This document shows positions 62,562 to 64,000 of a stretch of DNA of 64,000 bases, in pieces. Numbering within the stretch: position 1 is the stretch's first letter; the number at the start of each line of letters is the position of its first letter. Location: positions 17,286 to 81,285 of the forward strand of contig NW_015166455.1 in the NCBI RefSeq assembly GCF_001447785.1, written 5' to 3'. Origin of the DNA: Gekko japonicus. Its lineage: Eukaryota. The notes under the pieces are model-generated. The model saw only the letters and a list, made by a program, of their open reading frames with translations. It was not told where the DNA came from and made no database searches. The position numbers were made by a program, and so were the translations under genes.

Positions 62562-62941
62562 GTCACTCAGAAAGCTTTATGGCAGATTGGAAATTTGAAC
62601 CCTAGTCTCCCAGAATCTAACCTGATACTCTAACCACGACAACACACTGTTTCTCCCTCAACAGAGAAAAGCACAGGAAGTTTTCAGCATATGTCTGCTC
62701 ATTCATGTGCTTTTCAATAAGAATGTTGTGTGTTTGTGTGACTTCACCTCACAGTGCACACAGATGTAGAAAACTGCATGAACCATTAACTTGGCTGTTG
62801 CTGTTACCAACTTACATTTATCTATCTTTTCCTATTGTGTTCAGGCAATTCATACTAAACACAGGATACTCTGTTCATCAACTATTTCCCCCACAAGGGA
62901 GCAGATCAATGGATTAGTCCACATTAGTCATGTCTTCCAAT

Positions 62942-63148
62942 CAGTGTTTCCTCTAAGCTGGATTAGTGTGAGCTAGCTCACAGTTTTTTTAGCCTCCGGC
63001 TCACACATTTTTGTCTTAGCTCAGGAAGGATGGCTCCAGAGCAAACTAATTTATGCAGTAGCTAAATCACCTGCTCACAACTTTCATGCCAGTAGCTCAC
63101 AAAGTAGAATTTTTGCTCACAGGACTCCAAAGCTTAGAGGGAGCATTG
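62942..63148 (+). mobile_element. hAT MITE (CAGTGTTCCC family)
   Basis: Perfect TSD CTTCCAAT. Confidence 0.9.
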
Positions 63149-64000
63149 CTTCCAATAAATGTTTAAAAACACATCCAGAAACTTGTTTGCTGTCAACTAT
63201 ACCATAATATTCCATTGCTAGTTGCTATAATGTCATTTAGCAGCAGCAAAGGAAGACAGTATTCCTCATCTCGCTTTCTCTTTGGGTTACATGATGATAT
63301 AACATAATGATGAAAAATAACACATGATGAAAAATAACAGTATTTCATTTTCTGGCAATAATGACAAGTTATACAGTAATGACAAGGCAGGCAATGACAG
63401 CTTACATGGTTCACAGACAGTGAAGGGAATAACTCAACTAAAGTCACATGTGTCAGGTTCACATGAAACAAACAGGCATGGACAAGTTCTATCCACAGGA
63501 CCTAATTCTATTTCTCATCAATGAAGCACTCTTACCTGCAATTCTGTTTTTGGGCTTTCCATTACTATACCTAGTAGGTCTGTGGATGCCTGTTGTTAAA
63601 AAAAAAAAAAAATCCCCCAAACACCCCCCCTTTACAATCCAAATGACAGAGAACAGTGTTTTGAATTCTACATATCTCTTCATCAAATTGGATATTACAA
63701 TGCAGTGGAAGGCAGAAAAAGACTCCGAGCAATTGGGGCATATTTCTTGTAGTCTGAAAGGGGCAAGTTAGAGAGGGAGGTGAGGGAAAGGAAGACCAAA
63801 CAGACCAAACTGAGGGAAAGTAGGCCACAGCTTTTATTGACTACAGCAGAACAATCATTGGCACAGCATAGGGGCAGATCCTGCACTGGCCAACCCGAAC
63901 GTCATGCTGTGGGGAAAAACTGTAAGAGTGGCAAGCCCTGGGATACTATTTGGGTGCAGGTTGCTGTGTCACCTGGTGGTGAGAGCCAGCCAACAGCCGC

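Overview
Vertebrate nuclear DNA, almost certainly a squamate reptile (Sauria SINEs, Bov-B, MIR/Ther1-derived and 5S-derived SINEs); a gecko is my inference from the abundant TAGGGTTGCCA MITEs. I recognised no intact host gene. The window is intergenic or intronic and dense with transposable elements, and most short ORFs in the track are spurious. The best find is an isolated genomic copy of BMPR2 exon 3 (ligand-binding cysteine box, both splice sites intact) inside a non-autonomous hAT element at 3592-4424. This copy was later split by an L1-type insertion, so it is a candidate Pack-TIR exon capture. Second, a CpG-rich DIRS1 tyrosine-recombinase retrotransposon (29733-32987, minus strand) has lost RT/RNase H, fusing gag in frame to the pol C-terminus. 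Third, there is a Bov-B/Gypsy/LTR/Bov-B mosaic at 34740-37152. Finally, there are several nested insertions with clean target-site duplications (TSDs), unusually long target duplications and a candidate Helitron. Assembly gaps lie at 6480-6865, 30232-30257 and 42489-42499. All family assignments are by eye and from memory, not from database searches.
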